Source of the DNA: Paragordius varius
Lineage: Eukaryota > Animalia > Nematomorpha
NCBI GenBank assembly: GCA_964247055.1
Contig: OZ176053.1
Span: forward strand, 2,418,001 to 2,482,000
Length of the DNA stretch: 64,000 bases
Direction: 5' to 3'
Part shown: positions 62,001 to 64,000 of the stretch, piece after piece
How positions within the stretch are numbered: position 1 is the first letter of the stretch
Layout: each line of letters opens with the position of its first letter
Notes under the pieces: generated by a model
Seen by the model: the letters and a program-made list of their open reading frames with translations, nothing else
Database searches by the model: none
What the model was told of the DNA's origin: nothing
Translations under genes and position numbers: made by a program

Positions 62001-64000
62001 AAACCGTGAATACACAACGCTAATGCCAGCCCAATGATTAATTACATTATCGAAAAAACGACCGGAAGAAGACACAGCCATATGATTTTTCTACAGACAA
62101 GCTCCGTATCAAACAGCAAAACTAGCAAAAACACCTCAAAATCTCTTCGATGAGATATTCTTGCGCACCCGCTATAACTAAAGACTGATTATCACACCTT
62201 CATTATGGCACAACGCGCAAAGCAGTTTTGCAATAATTTTCCTTGGAAAATGGCATGACAAACGGGTTTTCGCAAAAATCATTGGGCGTAGATGCTGATG
62301 GCAAAATTTGAATCAATTAAATAATTGATTTCCTTAAAATTACATGAAACAGAGACCTATAACGTCACCCTATCAATTTTAAATATCTGTGCCAAAACCG
62401 TTTTACTCAACATGTTTTTTTTAAAATAAGTGAAACCATAAATAAAAGGAGGCGCTCAAAAAAATAATTCGGAATCAAAACTTAAAACGGTTAAGTCTGA
62501 TCCCTAGTGGATAGAGAGTATAATTATTAAAATCCAAATTACCAAAACAAATTCCGTGTAATAATGACGAACCAAGAGGGACGCTTTAATCACTTCCTTA
62601 CATTCTTTCATGAGTTGTTTGGCACTCAATACCGATACCTTAAGAGGTTTTTGTTCAAGCCTAATCCTTAACCATTGGTGGACAATTTCAATGGGTATTC
62701 GAACGAGGAACAAATAGCAATTAACAAATGACACCAAGTTCATGGATAAAAATTCATTGCTATGGACACCGTATCGTTGGCAAACTAAATTATTGTGATG
62801 CTTTGGTGCAGTTTGGGATGAAAGAGTGGTTGTTTCACTTTGACAACCATACTTAACATCTAGCATGGGTATAAAAGCATGGATAGAGGGGAAAATACAA
62901 GTTTTTTGGGAGTTGCTTTCCTCAAGATAACTTTCATCAAGAGTTAGTGAACCAAGTTCCATGGAAGGGAGACATTGTGATTGTTTTGATCCACCAACAG
63001 AATTTGAGCAATAAAGATTGGAGGAAGGCGTTAGTGCAGAGGCAAGTTTCCTCAAAGGTAAATGCAATAAATTAATGAGTTGAAAAATTAGTTTTGCCAG
63101 TGTACCATCCCTAATGGCATTTTCAACGTAGGCCTTAAATAGGGTTTCGGACAAGGGGCGGTCAGATGTAAAATGGGCCGTATTAAAATCAACATTTTGA
63201 TCCCCGACATATGGGGAATCAAAGAGAGTGTTAAGATATGGCCAAACTTTTGGATTGGATATTTGAAAAATTTGACCTAAAGCATTTAGCTTATATGCAA
63301 TTATTCTATTCAAATTAACCCAAAGATTAAGAGTTTTTAGGCGAACGACAAATTTTTTGCTCTTGTATTTTGGGAAACGTGGTGAAATCCATTTATTATG
63401 TGGAAACAATGATTCAAATTTATAGATCGCTTCCAAAAATTCCAAAATTTTGACCTTATTCGAATGAATAGCTAAAAGATCAATGTGAATGGTTTGAAGG
63501 ATATTATGGAAACTTAAATCGAACATTTGGCTTCCTGGCATATGATGGAGACTATTAAAATCACACATTGGGCTCAATCGCAAATTACAACATTGGATAA
63601 TTATGGAAGAAAATTTAACTCTCAGCTGGCAGACATAATGATCCATTTGTGTTAAGGATCGGTCAAAAAACCATGCTTGTAATTCTAACCATATAATGTC
63701 CCAAACTTTATTTTTCCATGACTGTATGGCGATTGTTTGATTAGATACAGTAAAAGATTTGTTTGTTTTAACGGAATCAATAGAATTAATTAATTCTTTT
63801 AAAGAATTGTCTGGATCAGAATGTTGAATTAAGTGTTGTGAATCTTTAGGTTTGTATTTTGTAAATCGATTTTTCTCAACATGTGGGCGTCGTCTTAATG
63901 CTGATTGCCTTTCTTTGTCAAATATGTTTCCGCAAACTTCTTGTTTGCAAACGAATTTGGGAATTATGGGTGGCTCATAATGGTTGATTGGTACACTATC
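59049..64000 (-). pseudogene. MAP3K4: 3'-truncated duplicate of MAP3K4 (kinase-less); runs off the window end; truncated paralog or pseudogene
   Basis: 59080-64000 reproduces 33893-38813 at constant offset 25187, with identical ORF translations except near the junction. The 516-aa ORF becomes 291 aa, ending in MITE-derived SDNSNSP*. Confidence 0.85.

Overview
AT-rich (roughly three-quarters A+T by eye) intron-containing genomic DNA from an animal, probably an invertebrate; the species cannot be identified from sequence alone. No rRNA, tRNA, CRISPR or operon-type features were found. Gene order: INTS8 3' part (+, 1.7-11.6 kb), then a divergent RecA/RAD51-paralog-like ORF (-, stop 9 bp from the INTS8 stop, head-to-head with syntaxin), syntaxin-1 (+, 12.5-25.1 kb, 10 exons), MAP3K4/MEKK4 (-, 27.3-39.2 kb, apparently complete), about 14.7 kb of transposon-rich intergenic DNA, and the first 6 exons of EFR3 (+, 53.9-58.4 kb). 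EFR3 is cut off at a MITE and joined to a near-identical second copy of the 5' half of MAP3K4 (-, 59.08 kb to window end, offset 25,187 bp). The simplest model is a ~25-kb tandem duplication that leaves both parent genes intact and creates two convergent truncated genes: a kinase-less MEKK4, whose stop codon and AATAAA come from the MITE, and an N-terminal EFR3. Introns and intergenic DNA carry at least six non-autonomous DNA-transposon families: TTAA piggyBac-like, two foldback-like families with related 21-bp arrays, two TA/CAGT Tc1-mariner-like, and hAT. There is also an RTE LINE remnant, a hAT transposase relic, two large palindromes, and two GC-elevated hairpin-rich intronic blocks that are candidate ncRNAs, one with spliced-leader-RNA-like architecture. 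All exon calls and alignments were made by eye.
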